DNA of 60,293 nucleotides, filler included. It is 5 parts of 5 records of this genome, joined end to end, with 100 filler letters (N's around TTAATTAATTAA, not from the genome) between each part and the next. Parts side by side here need not be neighbours in the genome. Positions count along the whole stretch, not along the records: positions 1 to 9,987 come from DRR723986_65004; positions 10,088 to 18,564 come from DRR723986_65754; 3 more parts are not named here. One strand, given 5' to 3'. Within the stretch, counting starts at the first letter, position 1. Every line of letters begins with the position of its first letter. The notes below the pieces were generated by a model. The model made no database searches, was not told the DNA's origin, and saw nothing but the letters and a program-made list of their open reading frames with translations. Both the position numbers and the translations under genes were made by a program. Of this stretch, positions 1-10,259 are shown piece by piece.

Positions 1-57
1 GCCTATGCTGAAGCTTCAGCGAAAGCATTATATTTACTTAAATGTTATAATACCAAC

Positions 58-828
58 ATGAAATCGGAATCAATTGATCGCATGTCCAAATCAAAAAGGC
101 TCAAATTGACTTTATGGCAATCTGGAACGCACTATTGGCCAGTAATTTTGACTTCTCTTATTCCGATATTTACCGCTTATTCATTATTGGAAATTTACGT
201 CTTTCATACTTATGATGGAGTGAGATCTGCGGAAGAGTTAATTTCTGGAACATGGGTCTGGATACCAATAAGTATTATCGTTTGGGGAATTCAATGGTAT
301 CGTCTTAGATTTCGAATTATTAATACATCTATATCCTCAGAACAATTTGAAGAGGCGGTTAAAAGAACAGCCACAGAACTCAATTGGAAAATCAATAGTA
401 AAAAGAAGTTTAGTTTGAGAGCAAGAAGGTATGCTGACTTCACAGGGAGTTGGGGTGAAATGATCACAATATTTTATAAAGACAATAAACTGTACCTAAA
501 TGCAATACCCGACCCAGATAATTTAGCAGCAATGACAACATTTGGTGGGTGTAAAAAGGCGCGTGAAACCTTCTTAAGAAATCTAGAAGAAATTCAAGCA
601 AACTTGCCTGCGAAAGAACTTGAGGAAGAAACAGGTTTTATGACTAAATGGACCTTTTGGGCCGTAATTATTCGAATTTTTATTTATCCATTGGCCCTAG
701 GTCTTATATTTCTTGGAGGCTATATAATATATAATGGCGGGAGTTGGGTTATGGGTCTTATCCTATGCTTTGTTGCAATAACTTTTCTTTACAGTGATAT
801 TAAAATTATGTTTGGAAGAAAGCCGTAA
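58..828 (+). CDS. Hypothetical integral membrane protein
   Basis: 256-aa ORF with hydrophobic helices at the N- and C-termini; no recognisable catalytic motif. Confidence 0.7.
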   Translation: MKSESIDRMSKSKRLKLTLWQSGTHYWPVILTSLIPIFTAYSLLEIYVFHTYDGVRSAEELISGTWVWIPISIIVWGIQWYRLRFRIINTSISSEQFEEAVKRTATELNWKINSKKKFSLRARRYADFTGSWGEMITIFYKDNKLYLNAIPDPDNLAAMTTFGGCKKARETFLRNLEEIQANLPAKELEEETGFMTKWTFWAVIIRIFIYPLALGLIFLGGYIIYNGGSWVMGLILCFVAITFLYSDIKIMFGRKP

Positions 829-838
829 TCCAGAGTTT

Positions 839-1324
839 ATGATGATTAATATTCGGACCATAACGTTGAGTTTAGTGATTTTATTTTCATGTAATAACAG
901 AGAATCGAATAGTGAAAAAGAAGAATTTGCTGAACTAAAGACAGAAGAGGAAATTAAAAAACAGCTCACAGGTAGAGCAGAAAAATATCTTCAATTAGTT
1001 ACTAAATTTCCCAATACTCAATCTGAGTATGTCAAACAATTATTCAATTTTTATGACCCTAAAATCAAGAATCGATTATCTTTATGTATTGACTTGTACA
1101 GGCATTGGAGGTCAAATTTTGATGAAGGTCATTATTCTTTTTACAGTGAAGTTGATTCGGTATACCTGGTTCCAAATTACCCAGATAGCGGCATTGTGAT
1201 TATCAAGGACTTTTGGACATCCCCAACATCAGATACTACAGTATTTATGGCAAAACTTCCCTGGATTAAGAGAAATCATAAATGGTACCGAATTAAGGGA
1301 TCTACTGTTTCCGAGATAGAATAA
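839..1324 (+). CDS. Hypothetical lipoprotein
   Basis: Within ORF 794..1324; lipobox-like VILFSC after MMINIRTITLSL suggests a start near 839. Confidence 0.6.
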   Translation: MMINIRTITLSLVILFSCNNRESNSEKEEFAELKTEEEIKKQLTGRAEKYLQLVTKFPNTQSEYVKQLFNFYDPKIKNRLSLCIDLYRHWRSNFDEGHYSFYSEVDSVYLVPNYPDSGIVIIKDFWTSPTSDTTVFMAKLPWIKRNHKWYRIKGSTVSEIE

Positions 1325-1521
1325 AAACAACCATTACTTGATTCATTAAACTGATGCATCTTTCTTTGCCCCTAGCCAACGCGGTATTGTATCACGCGTG
1401 AATAATAAGTTCCATTTTCAGGCGTAGTATCGAGGAACGGCACTGACGGCACCGAGCGTAGTTGCAACTAAAGCAAATTGAGATTCGCGGTTACCTTTTA
1501 AAGGTATTGACATTAAGGTTT

Positions 1522-2085
1522 ATGATTAGAACCGTTATCATCTGTTTGCTTTTTTTGAATTACTTGAAATTCACATCTGCCCAAATTGACTCAATTAATG
1601 TTATAGTAGACTCAACGGACTGCCAAGATTGTTTATATGCAAATTACTCAAAATGCCTTCATCCTTATCGGAAAGTTTCAGCCGGTAAGGGAAGTGGAGG
1701 GTTCATTGACAGTGTTCGCGTTTGTAATCAAGCCATCCTATATGATAGTTCTAAATATTTTTTAACCGTTTTTTCTGACCATGGAATAACACTACTTGAA
1801 GGTGAGTTTTTAGGCAGCTATTCGAATGGAATACTTAAAGAATATGATCGCTTGGGCAGAATTATTTTTGAAGGCAAAAATGAGTATCGTGACCCAGATA
1901 AAAACAGCAGCCTCCCGTATAGCTATGCTATTGACACAAACAAAACCTATACCTATAAAAATTATAAATCGACCACACCGCAAACAACCAGAGAAATAAT
2001 CTATATCCCTGATTCAAGAAAATATTTATTACGGTTATATAACCGTAATGGAGAAATGATAGTCGACAAAAAAGGTAAGAGATGA
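1522..2085 (+). CDS. Hypothetical secreted protein (possible MORN/antitoxin-YwqK-like repeat)
   Basis: Within ORF 1462..2085; signal peptide MIRTVIICLLFL...SAQ; NGILKEYDRLGRIIFEG motif. Confidence 0.55.
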   Translation: MIRTVIICLLFLNYLKFTSAQIDSINVIVDSTDCQDCLYANYSKCLHPYRKVSAGKGSGGFIDSVRVCNQAILYDSSKYFLTVFSDHGITLLEGEFLGSYSNGILKEYDRLGRIIFEGKNEYRDPDKNSSLPYSYAIDTNKTYTYKNYKSTTPQTTREIIYIPDSRKYLLRLYNRNGEMIVDKKGKR

Positions 2086-2170
2086 AAAATAGATTGCATT
2101 TTTAGCCTTTATGTCATCACACTTTCCACCAAAAATAATTTCCGTATTTTTAGCTTTCAACATTCGTCAT

Positions 2171-3049
2171 ATGAAAAAGCTAATCGCCATCATTTGTCTC
2201 GTTTCAATTTCCCTTGTCAGCTGCAAAAAATTTAAAGGGGATTCTTGTGAGGCAAATACGGGAGCAGAAACCCTTTCTCACAATAATGAAACCAGAGAAT
2301 ACATGTTATATGTCCCTTCTTCATATAATGCTGCAAACCCTACACCGGTTGTGATGAATTTTCACGGATTTGGTGGACAAGCATCTGACTATATGAACAC
2401 CGCCGATATGCGAGCTTTAGCGGATGCTGAAAATTTCATTTTGGTTTATCCTCAAGGCACCTGTTTAGACGGATCTTCACACTGGAACACCAGTTTGCCA
2501 GGCGGAGACAACAAAAGTAGCGCAGATGATTTTGGTTTTGTTGAAGCCATGATCAATGATTTGAACGGCGGATACAATATCGATTTTGAACGAATTTATG
2601 CCTGCGGATATTCAAATGGAGGCATGTTTGCTTATGGTTTAGCAAATTATAAAAGTGATTTAGTTGCGGCAGTAGCTTCAGTATCCGGAACAATGCTTGA
2701 TTTTAATGGACCAACTTCACATCCTATGCCGGTCATACATTTACATGGAACCAATGATGGAGTCATTCCTTATAACGGCTCAAGCGATTGGAGTTCAGCT
2801 CAATCTGTTATTGATTATTGGGTAGGATTCAATAATACCGTTACCACTCCCATAACAGATTCTGATGCAAACGGTGGAATGACCATTGAACATTATTTAT
2901 ATGATCAAGGAGATAGCAGTGTCTCGGTGGAGCATTACAAATACATTGGCGGTGATCACATCTGGTTCAACAATACATTTCAAGGTAAAAACGCTGCACA
3001 ATTGATTTGGGACTTTGTTTCAAAATATGACATCAATGGTTTGATGTAG
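2171..3049 (+). CDS. PHB-depolymerase/LpqC-like esterase lipoprotein
   Basis: Lipobox SLVSC; FHGFGG oxyanion region; GYSNGG nucleophile motif; HGTND and GGDH motifs. Confidence 0.85.
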   Translation: MKKLIAIICLVSISLVSCKKFKGDSCEANTGAETLSHNNETREYMLYVPSSYNAANPTPVVMNFHGFGGQASDYMNTADMRALADAENFILVYPQGTCLDGSSHWNTSLPGGDNKSSADDFGFVEAMINDLNGGYNIDFERIYACGYSNGGMFAYGLANYKSDLVAAVASVSGTMLDFNGPTSHPMPVIHLHGTNDGVIPYNGSSDWSSAQSVIDYWVGFNNTVTTPITDSDANGGMTIEHYLYDQGDSSVSVEHYKYIGGDHIWFNNTFQGKNAAQLIWDFVSKYDINGLM

Positions 3050-3053
3050 CAGT

Positions 3054-3680
3054 TTGTGCAGAAATGAAGATTTATACAATGCTTATTCAAATATGAAAGG
3101 TAAGCTTAAGGCAAACACCACAGACAGATACCTCAGTCCTATTCGCAATCAAATTATTGAATTAATTGAAGCTGATAAAACAGTGCTTGAGTTTGGCTGC
3201 GGAAACGGCGATTTACTTTTCAAACTTTCACAAAAAATTGAATCAGGTATTGGATTGGATCATTCCAAACAATTGATTTCTTTTGCTCAGAATCAAAAAG
3301 AAAAACAAAAAATTACCAATCTAGAATTTAGATTGACGGATGTAGTCAACGATAATCTGACCATGTCAACAGTAAACTACTCGGTTAGCAGTTTGCTATT
3401 TCATCTCTTAGAATGGGATGCTGCTCAAAAACTTTTAATGAAACAGCTCGAAATCTCAGAAACGAGTATAATTTGTGCATTCAGTCAACCCCAAAATTGG
3501 AGACAACAATTGCTACTTTGGTTAGATCAGAGATTTTCGAAAACCTACAAGAATTTTAAAACATATGGTAATAATGGGTATTTCGAAGGCTTGATACAAT
3601 CGATAGAAAACATAGAAGTGAATCGAATAGAAACTTTTGATCCTGTAATAAAGATTTACCTACTGAGATATAAACCCTAA
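3054..3680 (+). CDS. Class I SAM-dependent methyltransferase
   Basis: VLEFGCGNG motif I followed by GLDHS. Confidence 0.85.
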   Translation: MCRNEDLYNAYSNMKGKLKANTTDRYLSPIRNQIIELIEADKTVLEFGCGNGDLLFKLSQKIESGIGLDHSKQLISFAQNQKEKQKITNLEFRLTDVVNDNLTMSTVNYSVSSLLFHLLEWDAAQKLLMKQLEISETSIICAFSQPQNWRQQLLLWLDQRFSKTYKNFKTYGNNGYFEGLIQSIENIEVNRIETFDPVIKIYLLRYKP

Positions 3681-3784
3681 TAAGGAAAAGTTCAATCCAT
3701 TTAGGTAGCACTTTCACCGCTCATCAATCGATCGAGAATTGATGATTTATTTCGCTCTTCCATTCCTAAGAGGATTCAAACCGT

Positions 3785-3850
3785 TTAACAACTTTTGGGT
3801 CTGATTAACATGCTTTAACAATTTTTAGAACCTGCATGCCTCTACATTTG
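3785..3850 (+). promoter_or_regulatory. TTAACA direct-repeat boxes plus Bacteroidota -7 promoter element
   Basis: TTAACA at 3785, 3805 and 3815 (10/20-bp phasing); TACATTTG at 3843-3850 matches TAnnTTTG. Confidence 0.5.
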
Positions 3851-3895
3851 CTGTATTCAAATAATTAGTTCAACTAAATTTTTAAACCTTACGAA

Positions 3896-6322
3896 ATGAG
3901 ATCCCTAATTGCCCTACTTCTATTATCTACATCTAACTTACTAGCTCAAAGCACTTATACAATCAGCGGAAAAATTCTTGATGAAAACAACGAAGGAATT
4001 GATTTGGCTTTGCTATCACTTTATAAGGCAGCAGATTCAAGTTTGGTGAAAAATGGCTTTACCGATAAAGACGGTACTTTTATTATAAATGATATTGCTG
4101 CCAACCAATACATCTTTAAAATAAAATATACAGGCTATGAAGATTACAGTGAAATCATTGAACTAAAAGAGTCAATTACTTTGCCAGAAATTAAGCTAAA
4201 GACGGATGAAAATGTTTTACAACAAGTTACTGTAGATGGTTCAATTCCCTTTGTTGAAAGAAAAATCGACCGACTTGTTGTCACTCCAGATGCCATGGTG
4301 GCTGGTGCTGGAACAAATGCACTCGAAATTTTAGAATTAGCGCCAGGTGTTACCATTGATCAAAATGGTCAAATAGTTGTAAAAGGTAGAACTGGTGTAG
4401 CGGTTTATATTAATGATAAACCTTCTTATTTATCAGGAACAGAATTAGAAAACTACCTGCGCTCATTACCAGCCGGGTCAATAAAAAACATTGAAATTAT
4501 TGACAATCCACCGGCAAGTTATGATGCCTCAGGGAATACGGGAATCATCAATATTAACATCAAACGAAATACCTTTAAAGGCGTGTTTGGTAATGCTTCA
4601 GTAAGCTACAGAAGAAGCGTTTATAATGGAAGTAACAACAGCTTAAACTTAAATTATAATCGTGAAAAAATTAGCTTCTCAACCAATTTGAATGCCGGAT
4701 TTTGGGAAAATTTTCAAGATCTGAATATTAACCGCTACTACCTCAATGAGGCCGGTGTTGAACAATCCTCATTTAAGCAAAATTCCTTTAACAATTCAGG
4801 AGGTTTTTACCTTCAGGGAACTGCAGCAATTGATCTTTATCCAACCGACAAAACTTCTCTCGGCATCTCTTACAAAAAATCACAAACGCCAAGAACGGCA
4901 GATATTGACAATACATCTTTGGTTTCGGATGCCAATGAAAATTTATTACAACGCGTAGTGGCTGATAATGTGAGCGAAACGACTTTTGGGAATGATTTGG
5001 TTAGTTTTTACTTTAAGCAAAATCTTGACAGTTTAGGGAGCAAAATTTCTTTTGACGCCGATTATGTGCAATACAAATCTACCAATGATCAAGTTTTTAA
5101 AAACTTTCAATACGACCCTAATGATTCATTAATCTACTCAGATCAAATAGATGGTCAGATACCTTCTCAAATCAGTATTTACGCTGCTAAACTTGATTAT
5201 ACAAAACCTTTTAAAAATGGGTCAACTTTTTCTACTGGAATTAGGTCTGCTTTCACCCAAACAGACAATGAAGCAATTTACTCAACTACGGTTGAGGGCG
5301 TCACCACACCCGACTACAATTTGAGCAACCGTTTTTTATATGATGAATGGATTAACGCGGCCTACCTCAACTTCAATCATGCCTTTGGAAAAGTACAGCT
5401 GCAATTAGGATTAAGAGGCGAATCGACCAACCTAAAGGGTAATCAATTGGGCAATGTTCAAACTCCAGATACCAGTTTTACTAGAAACTATGCTTCTTTG
5501 TTTCCAACTCTCTATGTTGCAAGACCTCTAGATTCTGCAGGAAACAATAACATTAATTTCTCTTATGGAAGAAGAATTGAACGTCCCTACTTTCAAGATT
5601 TAAACCCTTTTATCAGTCCGTTAGACAAGTTTACTTACTATACCGGAAATCCTAATTTGTTGCCTACGTACTCTCATAATCTATCCTTAAGTCATTCTTA
5701 TAAAAACATTATCAACACAGAACTCTCTTATGCCTTAATGGTAGATGGTATTAACGAAACACTAGAGATACAAAATGGTATTTACTATAGTAGACCCGGA
5801 AATATTTCGAACAGTCAGTTTTTAACCTTAGCGATCAACACAAACATTCCTATAGCAAAATGGTATACGGTTAATGCCTACGCTCAAGCATCCTATGTTA
5901 AATTTGAAAGTCAATTGTATACTGAACAACTCAACGCTAGCGGTATAAATGTGTACGCCAGTTTAGACAATACCGTTTCGTTAAATAAAGGTTGGAAAAT
6001 TAGTGTTGGAGGACGCTACCTAAGTGATCAAGTTTATTCACAGCTGTTGATTAAATCATATGCCACCATGCATTGCGGAGTTCAGAAAACTCTTTTTAAA
6101 GGCAAAGGAAACTTGCGCTTAAACGCCAATGATATTTTCTTCTCAAGAAAAGGTGATGGCATTATCAATAACCTGAATCAAACAGAGGCAGACTGGAATA
6201 GTAAATTCAATTCACGAAGCGTCTCACTTGCTTTTTCTTATCGATTTGGTAAACCAACCTCAAATAAACCAAAACACAATGGGTCTGGTTCAGAATCTGA
6301 ACAAAACCGAGTGAAGTCATAA
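3896..6322 (+). CDS. TonB-dependent receptor-like outer-membrane beta-barrel protein
   Basis: Signal peptide; carboxypeptidase-regulatory-like N-domain; plug-like LELAPGVTID...IEIIDNPPASYDASG; C-terminal AFSYRFG. Confidence 0.88.
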   Translation: MRSLIALLLLSTSNLLAQSTYTISGKILDENNEGIDLALLSLYKAADSSLVKNGFTDKDGTFIINDIAANQYIFKIKYTGYEDYSEIIELKESITLPEIKLKTDENVLQQVTVDGSIPFVERKIDRLVVTPDAMVAGAGTNALEILELAPGVTIDQNGQIVVKGRTGVAVYINDKPSYLSGTELENYLRSLPAGSIKNIEIIDNPPASYDASGNTGIININIKRNTFKGVFGNASVSYRRSVYNGSNNSLNLNYNREKISFSTNLNAGFWENFQDLNINRYYLNEAGVEQSSFKQNSFNNSGGFYLQGTAAIDLYPTDKTSLGISYKKSQTPRTADIDNTSLVSDANENLLQRVVADNVSETTFGNDLVSFYFKQNLDSLGSKISFDADYVQYKSTNDQVFKNFQYDPNDSLIYSDQIDGQIPSQISIYAAKLDYTKPFKNGSTFSTGIRSAFTQTDNEAIYSTTVEGVTTPDYNLSNRFLYDEWINAAYLNFNHAFGKVQLQLGLRGESTNLKGNQLGNVQTPDTSFTRNYASLFPTLYVARPLDSAGNNNINFSYGRRIERPYFQDLNPFISPLDKFTYYTGNPNLLPTYSHNLSLSHSYKNIINTELSYALMVDGINETLEIQNGIYYSRPGNISNSQFLTLAINTNIPIAKWYTVNAYAQASYVKFESQLYTEQLNASGINVYASLDNTVSLNKGWKISVGGRYLSDQVYSQLLIKSYATMHCGVQKTLFKGKGNLRLNANDIFFSRKGDGIINNLNQTEADWNSKFNSRSVSLAFSYRFGKPTSNKPKHNGSGSESEQNRVKS

Positions 6323-6360
6323 AAAATCCCACGGTCAAATACATTTTCTTTATTCTATTG

Positions 6361-6389
6361 AATAGACTATCTCAAAAAGATAGTCTATT
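6361..6389. terminator. Hairpin after the receptor gene
   Basis: AATAGACTATCT-caaaa-AGATAGTCTATT followed by T residues. Confidence 0.6.
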
Positions 6390-6421
6390 TTGCTTGGTAT
6401 AATTTAGTAGTTTAGTTGCAG

Positions 6422-6838
6422 ATGTCAGAAATAAACGAAGAACATATCGAAGAACCTAAAGGCAAAAATGCCAAGTACAAATATGCCTTGATTAATCTTG
6501 TCATGATGGGCTTTCTGTTTTGGTCAATTTATAATGGATCAATCCGAACAGTTGTATTTTGGTTCTATCTTATCATGATGTCTGCCATGGTGATTTTTGG
6601 GTCTATAGCCTTAAAAGAGGTGAAAGTAGGCACTCGTCACATTTTTAACCTAACGCTTCAAGTGTTAATAATTGGAACCATCATTTATGGTTTAATTGAG
6701 GATATTCATGCTAGCAAGGTAGCAGTATTGTTGCTGTTTTTACATGTTTTTCAAAGCGTTCAAGCTTTTCTTACCAAAACATTCAAATCTGAACGAAGAA
6801 CTGAAGAAAGAGTTGGAGCCATGCACCGGAAAGAATAA
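6422..6838 (+). CDS. Hypothetical 4-TM membrane protein
   Basis: Four hydrophobic segments in ORF 6416..6838. Confidence 0.65.
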   Translation: MSEINEEHIEEPKGKNAKYKYALINLVMMGFLFWSIYNGSIRTVVFWFYLIMMSAMVIFGSIALKEVKVGTRHIFNLTLQVLIIGTIIYGLIEDIHASKVAVLLLFLHVFQSVQAFLTKTFKSERRTEERVGAMHRKE

Positions 6839-6848
6839 ACCTTAATTT

Positions 6849-7667
6849 ATGAAATTATTTGCCCTTTTTTTCATCCTGATATCTACAGGAATTGTTTCAG
6901 CTCAAAAACCAGCAGAGGTCATCAGTAAACAACCATTTTCAATTGGTGAGCAAGTGACCTTAAAATCTGAAGTGCTATTTGAAGAGCGGATTTTAAATAT
7001 TTATCTCCCGCAAGGATATTCACCTGATTCTTCAAAAACGTATCCTGTGATTTATTTGTTGGATGGGTCAGCAGATGAAGATTTCATTCACATTGCAGGA
7101 TTGGTTCAATTCGGATCATTCTCGTGGATCGATATGTTACCAGAATCCATAGTGGTGGGTATTGCTAACGTAGATAGAAAACGGGACTTTACTTATCCTA
7201 CAACTAACAAGAAAGACAAAAAAGATTTTCCAACTACCGGAGAATCAGCTGCTTTTATGCATTTTTTAAGCTTAGAAGTTCAACCTTTCATTGATGAGCA
7301 TTACAAAACGGACAGCATAAAAACAGTTATTGGACAATCATTGGGTGGTTTATTGGCTACAGAAATCCTTCTCAAACGCCCTCATTTATTCAACAACTAT
7401 ATTATTGTAAGCCCAAGTATTTGGTGGGATGATGAGTCGTTACTCGACTTGAAACCTGAATTATATGAATCCAACAAATCCATTTATATCGCAGTAGGAA
7501 AAGAAGGTGACATAATGGAGCGAACAGCAAAAGAACTCTATGAAAAATTGCTGAAAGATAAAGGAGATAACACCCAACTGTTTTTTGAATTTTTTGAAAA
7601 ACAAAATCATGGGGACGCACTCCACCTAGCTGTTTATAATGCCTTTAGCAAGATTTGGGAAAAATGA
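6849..7667 (+). CDS. Alpha/beta hydrolase esterase (IroE/BesA-like)
   Basis: YPVIYLLDG; GQSLGG nucleophile; SPSIWW; NHG catalytic His region. Confidence 0.88.
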   Translation: MKLFALFFILISTGIVSAQKPAEVISKQPFSIGEQVTLKSEVLFEERILNIYLPQGYSPDSSKTYPVIYLLDGSADEDFIHIAGLVQFGSFSWIDMLPESIVVGIANVDRKRDFTYPTTNKKDKKDFPTTGESAAFMHFLSLEVQPFIDEHYKTDSIKTVIGQSLGGLLATEILLKRPHLFNNYIIVSPSIWWDDESLLDLKPELYESNKSIYIAVGKEGDIMERTAKELYEKLLKDKGDNTQLFFEFFEKQNHGDALHLAVYNAFSKIWEK

Positions 7668-7741
7668 TTTAGCCCCTATACTTTCTGTACCTTCAACCAT
7701 TCGACTTTAATTCCCGTAAATAGAATTACCAAAACAAACGA

Positions 7742-8503
7742 ATGAAAAAGTTACTTTACTTGAGTGCAATTCTATTTGCGTTCACAGCATGCAGAAAAGA
7801 TCAAGCTGAACCAGAGGAAGAAATTATCAATTGCCCACAACCACTTTCGAATACTCCAGACGAACTCACCATTGGAGACACGACTAACTGCCTCTACCTT
7901 ATAATGAACGACACCTTTCATTTAGCAAATGCAGGACAACTTGAAGTTTCTGCTAATTATCCGATCTGGTGCAGTAACACAAACGGATTTGAGATTGAAT
8001 CAAGTTTCACCGAAGGGCCGGGTCCCTCTGATGGAGTGAGTCTTAACCTTGTCAGTACTACAATGTCTTTTTTTCAGGTCAAAGACGGATTTGTACTGCA
8101 TGAAAGAGTTGACACCACCTACTCAGGCAGTAATCCGGTCATTAAAGAGATAAAAGAGGGAGAGTCTTGTAAGGCAGAATATTTGCAAAACCCTGTTTCA
8201 TCAATTCATGATCAACCCATTTATTTTGACTCAGGAGCAATCATTAACAAAAGTGACTACGGCAGCTCAACCGCTCAATTATTGCGGAAAAGTTGGGGTT
8301 ACACCTTACCTCAAGATGGATCAAGCGACACCACAGTTTTTTTATCAGTAAGCTACGAACGCTATTGTGGCAACTTTGAATTCAACCTTAATAAGTATAT
8401 TGGTTTTAAAATGGCAGTTGAAGGAACGGAAAAGTTAGGATGGGTTCAATTAAAGTTAGTTAATGGAGGCTTATTAATTATTGATTACGCGATTCAAAAG
8501 TAG
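7742..8503 (+). CDS. Hypothetical lipoprotein
   Basis: Lipobox FTAC with acidic export signal; C-terminal KYIGFKM...KLGWVQL motif. Confidence 0.7.
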   Translation: MKKLLYLSAILFAFTACRKDQAEPEEEIINCPQPLSNTPDELTIGDTTNCLYLIMNDTFHLANAGQLEVSANYPIWCSNTNGFEIESSFTEGPGPSDGVSLNLVSTTMSFFQVKDGFVLHERVDTTYSGSNPVIKEIKEGESCKAEYLQNPVSSIHDQPIYFDSGAIINKSDYGSSTAQLLRKSWGYTLPQDGSSDTTVFLSVSYERYCGNFEFNLNKYIGFKMAVEGTEKLGWVQLKLVNGGLLIIDYAIQK

Positions 8504-8584
8504 CTATAACCTTAACTATGAGATTAGTATTTTTAAGACAATTGTCATCCGTTTAACGAGTTATAAACTCTAACTTTATTTCCA

Positions 8585-9379
8585 ATGAACAAATTACATG
8601 TCACCCTATTCATAGCACTATCATTATTGCTATTTTCTTGCTTCAAAAAGACAGACTGTGGTACCGAATATATTCTAAACGCACCAGCTGTTGTTAACGA
8701 GGGAGAAACACTTGAACTCAATGTTGATAATTATGAAGGTGCATCAAACACCTATTTTTATTGGAAAGTTCCAGACATGACCCCATATACCAACTTTGTT
8801 GGTGATCGAACACCAGATGATGAAAATTTTGTGATTGAAAATTTCAGCATTAAAGATGTTGGTGAATACTCGGTTGAAGTAAGTATCAATGATGAGGGAT
8901 GTCAAACATTTATTTTAGACCAGACCATTGAAATGACTCCTAAAACCTGTGATTGTCCTGAACCTCCAGAGGTCAATAAAATTTATTATGATGCTAGCTA
9001 TGAATCACAATTTACAGAGGATGCACTTTCGATAACTTATTTTGATAGTCAAGATAACTCACCTTCGCAAATTAACTTTAATGGAGTAAATGATTTCACC
9101 GTTTATTTTGGCAAAAAATTACCTGAACATTCCAGTACTTTCAACATTATTGGTGGCCATAACTATTTTTGGGACAGCGTTGATGATGGAGATCTAGATG
9201 TACATTTCCATTTATGGGGTCACAATCATGGGCTGGAATACTTTGACATTGAGGAAAATAAATCCATGTATTTAACTAGACAGGGCAATCAATTAACTAT
9301 GCAGTTTTGCGACCTTCAAGTTTTCCATTTAGGATCTCCTGTTTTTAAAATGAGCGCTAAATTAGTGGTTGATTTGTAA
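8585..9379 (+). CDS. Hypothetical lipoprotein with Ig/PKD-like domain
   Basis: Lipobox LFSC; VNEGETLEL...YWK...GEYSVEV Ig-like pattern. Confidence 0.7.
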   Translation: MNKLHVTLFIALSLLLFSCFKKTDCGTEYILNAPAVVNEGETLELNVDNYEGASNTYFYWKVPDMTPYTNFVGDRTPDDENFVIENFSIKDVGEYSVEVSINDEGCQTFILDQTIEMTPKTCDCPEPPEVNKIYYDASYESQFTEDALSITYFDSQDNSPSQINFNGVNDFTVYFGKKLPEHSSTFNIIGGHNYFWDSVDDGDLDVHFHLWGHNHGLEYFDIEENKSMYLTRQGNQLTMQFCDLQVFHLGSPVFKMSAKLVVDL

Positions 9380-9447
9380 ACATCAGTCCAGCTTAATTTA
9401 GAAAATGCCATCTCATTTTTGTAACTTATATGTTTAAATAAGATGAA

Positions 9448-9885
9448 ATGGTAATCGAACTTATAAAACCAGATGAAATTGAAAAATTCGTTGAATTGCG
9501 AAATATCTTCATTGATGTTTTTGATTTAAACGTTCCAGCGCTTGATGAAGATCAGTTAAAGTTAGTGCGAGACAATCGGAATTTTGTTGCTATAGGTGCT
9601 ACGGTGGGTTTTGAGCTGGCCGGCGGACTCACTGCGCACATTGTGCCGAATTACTACAGAGGTGGTTTGGATTTATTCGTTTATGATGTAGCCATAAAAC
9701 CCTCGCATCAAGGAAAAGGGGTTGGCGTTGAGCTCTTGAATTTTGCTAAAAAATTCTGCACCGATCACAAAATCAAAGAGATGCATGTAGCCGTAAAAAA
9801 AGATGATCAAAATGCCATGACTTATTACAGTAAAACTGGTGCCAAAGAGATGGAGGGGCGGTTTTTTACTTATCGATTTGAGTGA
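9448..9885 (+). CDS. GNAT family N-acetyltransferase
   Basis: Acetyl-CoA motif YDVAIKPSHQGKGVG. Confidence 0.88.
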   Translation: MVIELIKPDEIEKFVELRNIFIDVFDLNVPALDEDQLKLVRDNRNFVAIGATVGFELAGGLTAHIVPNYYRGGLDLFVYDVAIKPSHQGKGVGVELLNFAKKFCTDHKIKEMHVAVKKDDQNAMTYYSKTGAKEMEGRFFTYRFE

Positions 9886-9987
9886 TCAACGTACGACAAT
9901 TTTTATTTGCTCCTTCTCAATTTTCAAAACATAAACCCCAGCAACAAAGTCTGAAAGTTCAATTGAATTTCCCGACTCAATGGTTCC
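9886..9987 (-). CDS. 3' end of a T9SS type A sorting-domain protein (partial, contig edge)
   Basis: Manual translation GTIESGNSIELSDFVAGVYVLKIEKEQIKIVVR* fits the CTD pattern GxYxL...KIV. Confidence 0.7.
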   Translation of the reverse strand, partial: GTIESGNSIELSDFVAGVYVLKIEKEQIKIVVR

Positions 9988-10087
9988 NNNNNNNNNNNNN
10001 NNNNNNNNNNNNNNNNNNNNNNNNNNNNNNNTTAATTAATTAANNNNNNNNNNNNNNNNNNNNNNNNNNNNNNNNNNNNNNNNNNNN
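9988..10087. other. Artificial contig spacer
   Basis: 100 nt of N around TTAATTAATTAA (six-frame stop linker). Confidence 0.98.
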
Positions 10088-10168
10088 GAACAAATTCTAG
10101 ATTGCTTTTCCCTTTTTGATGGTAGAAAAGAATAGAACAACGGGTATGTCCCATTCAAATTTGTACGC

Positions 10169-10207
10169 AAAAAAAGGCAGACTCAATCCGAAGAAGGGTC
10201 TGCCTTT
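10169..10207 (-). terminator. Rho-independent terminator of the arylsulfatase gene
   Basis: AAAGGCAGAC...GTCTGCCTTT stem with an A7 tract on + (U-tract on -). Confidence 0.7.
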
Positions 10208-10259
10208 AAAATACTGTAGAATTTCAATCAAAAGATCGAAAACACTTACTGCTTACCTG

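Noticed and set aside
1374-1470. Possible attC-like element in contig 1 (AGCCAAC...GTTGCAA), GC-richer than its surroundings
   Set aside because: I could not establish paired arms or complementarity with an upstream core site; at most a decayed repeat.
9448-9885. Aminoglycoside acetyltransferase resistance gene
   Set aside because: It resembles AAC(3)-I-like GNATs, but the substrate cannot be assigned from motifs alone.
58-9987. Coherent novel system in contig 1
   Set aside because: Co-oriented but functionally unrelated genes with no shared repeats or motifs that I could support.
9988-10087. TTAATTAATTAA palindrome as a biological site
   Set aside because: It is identical in all four N-gaps and is an assembly linker.
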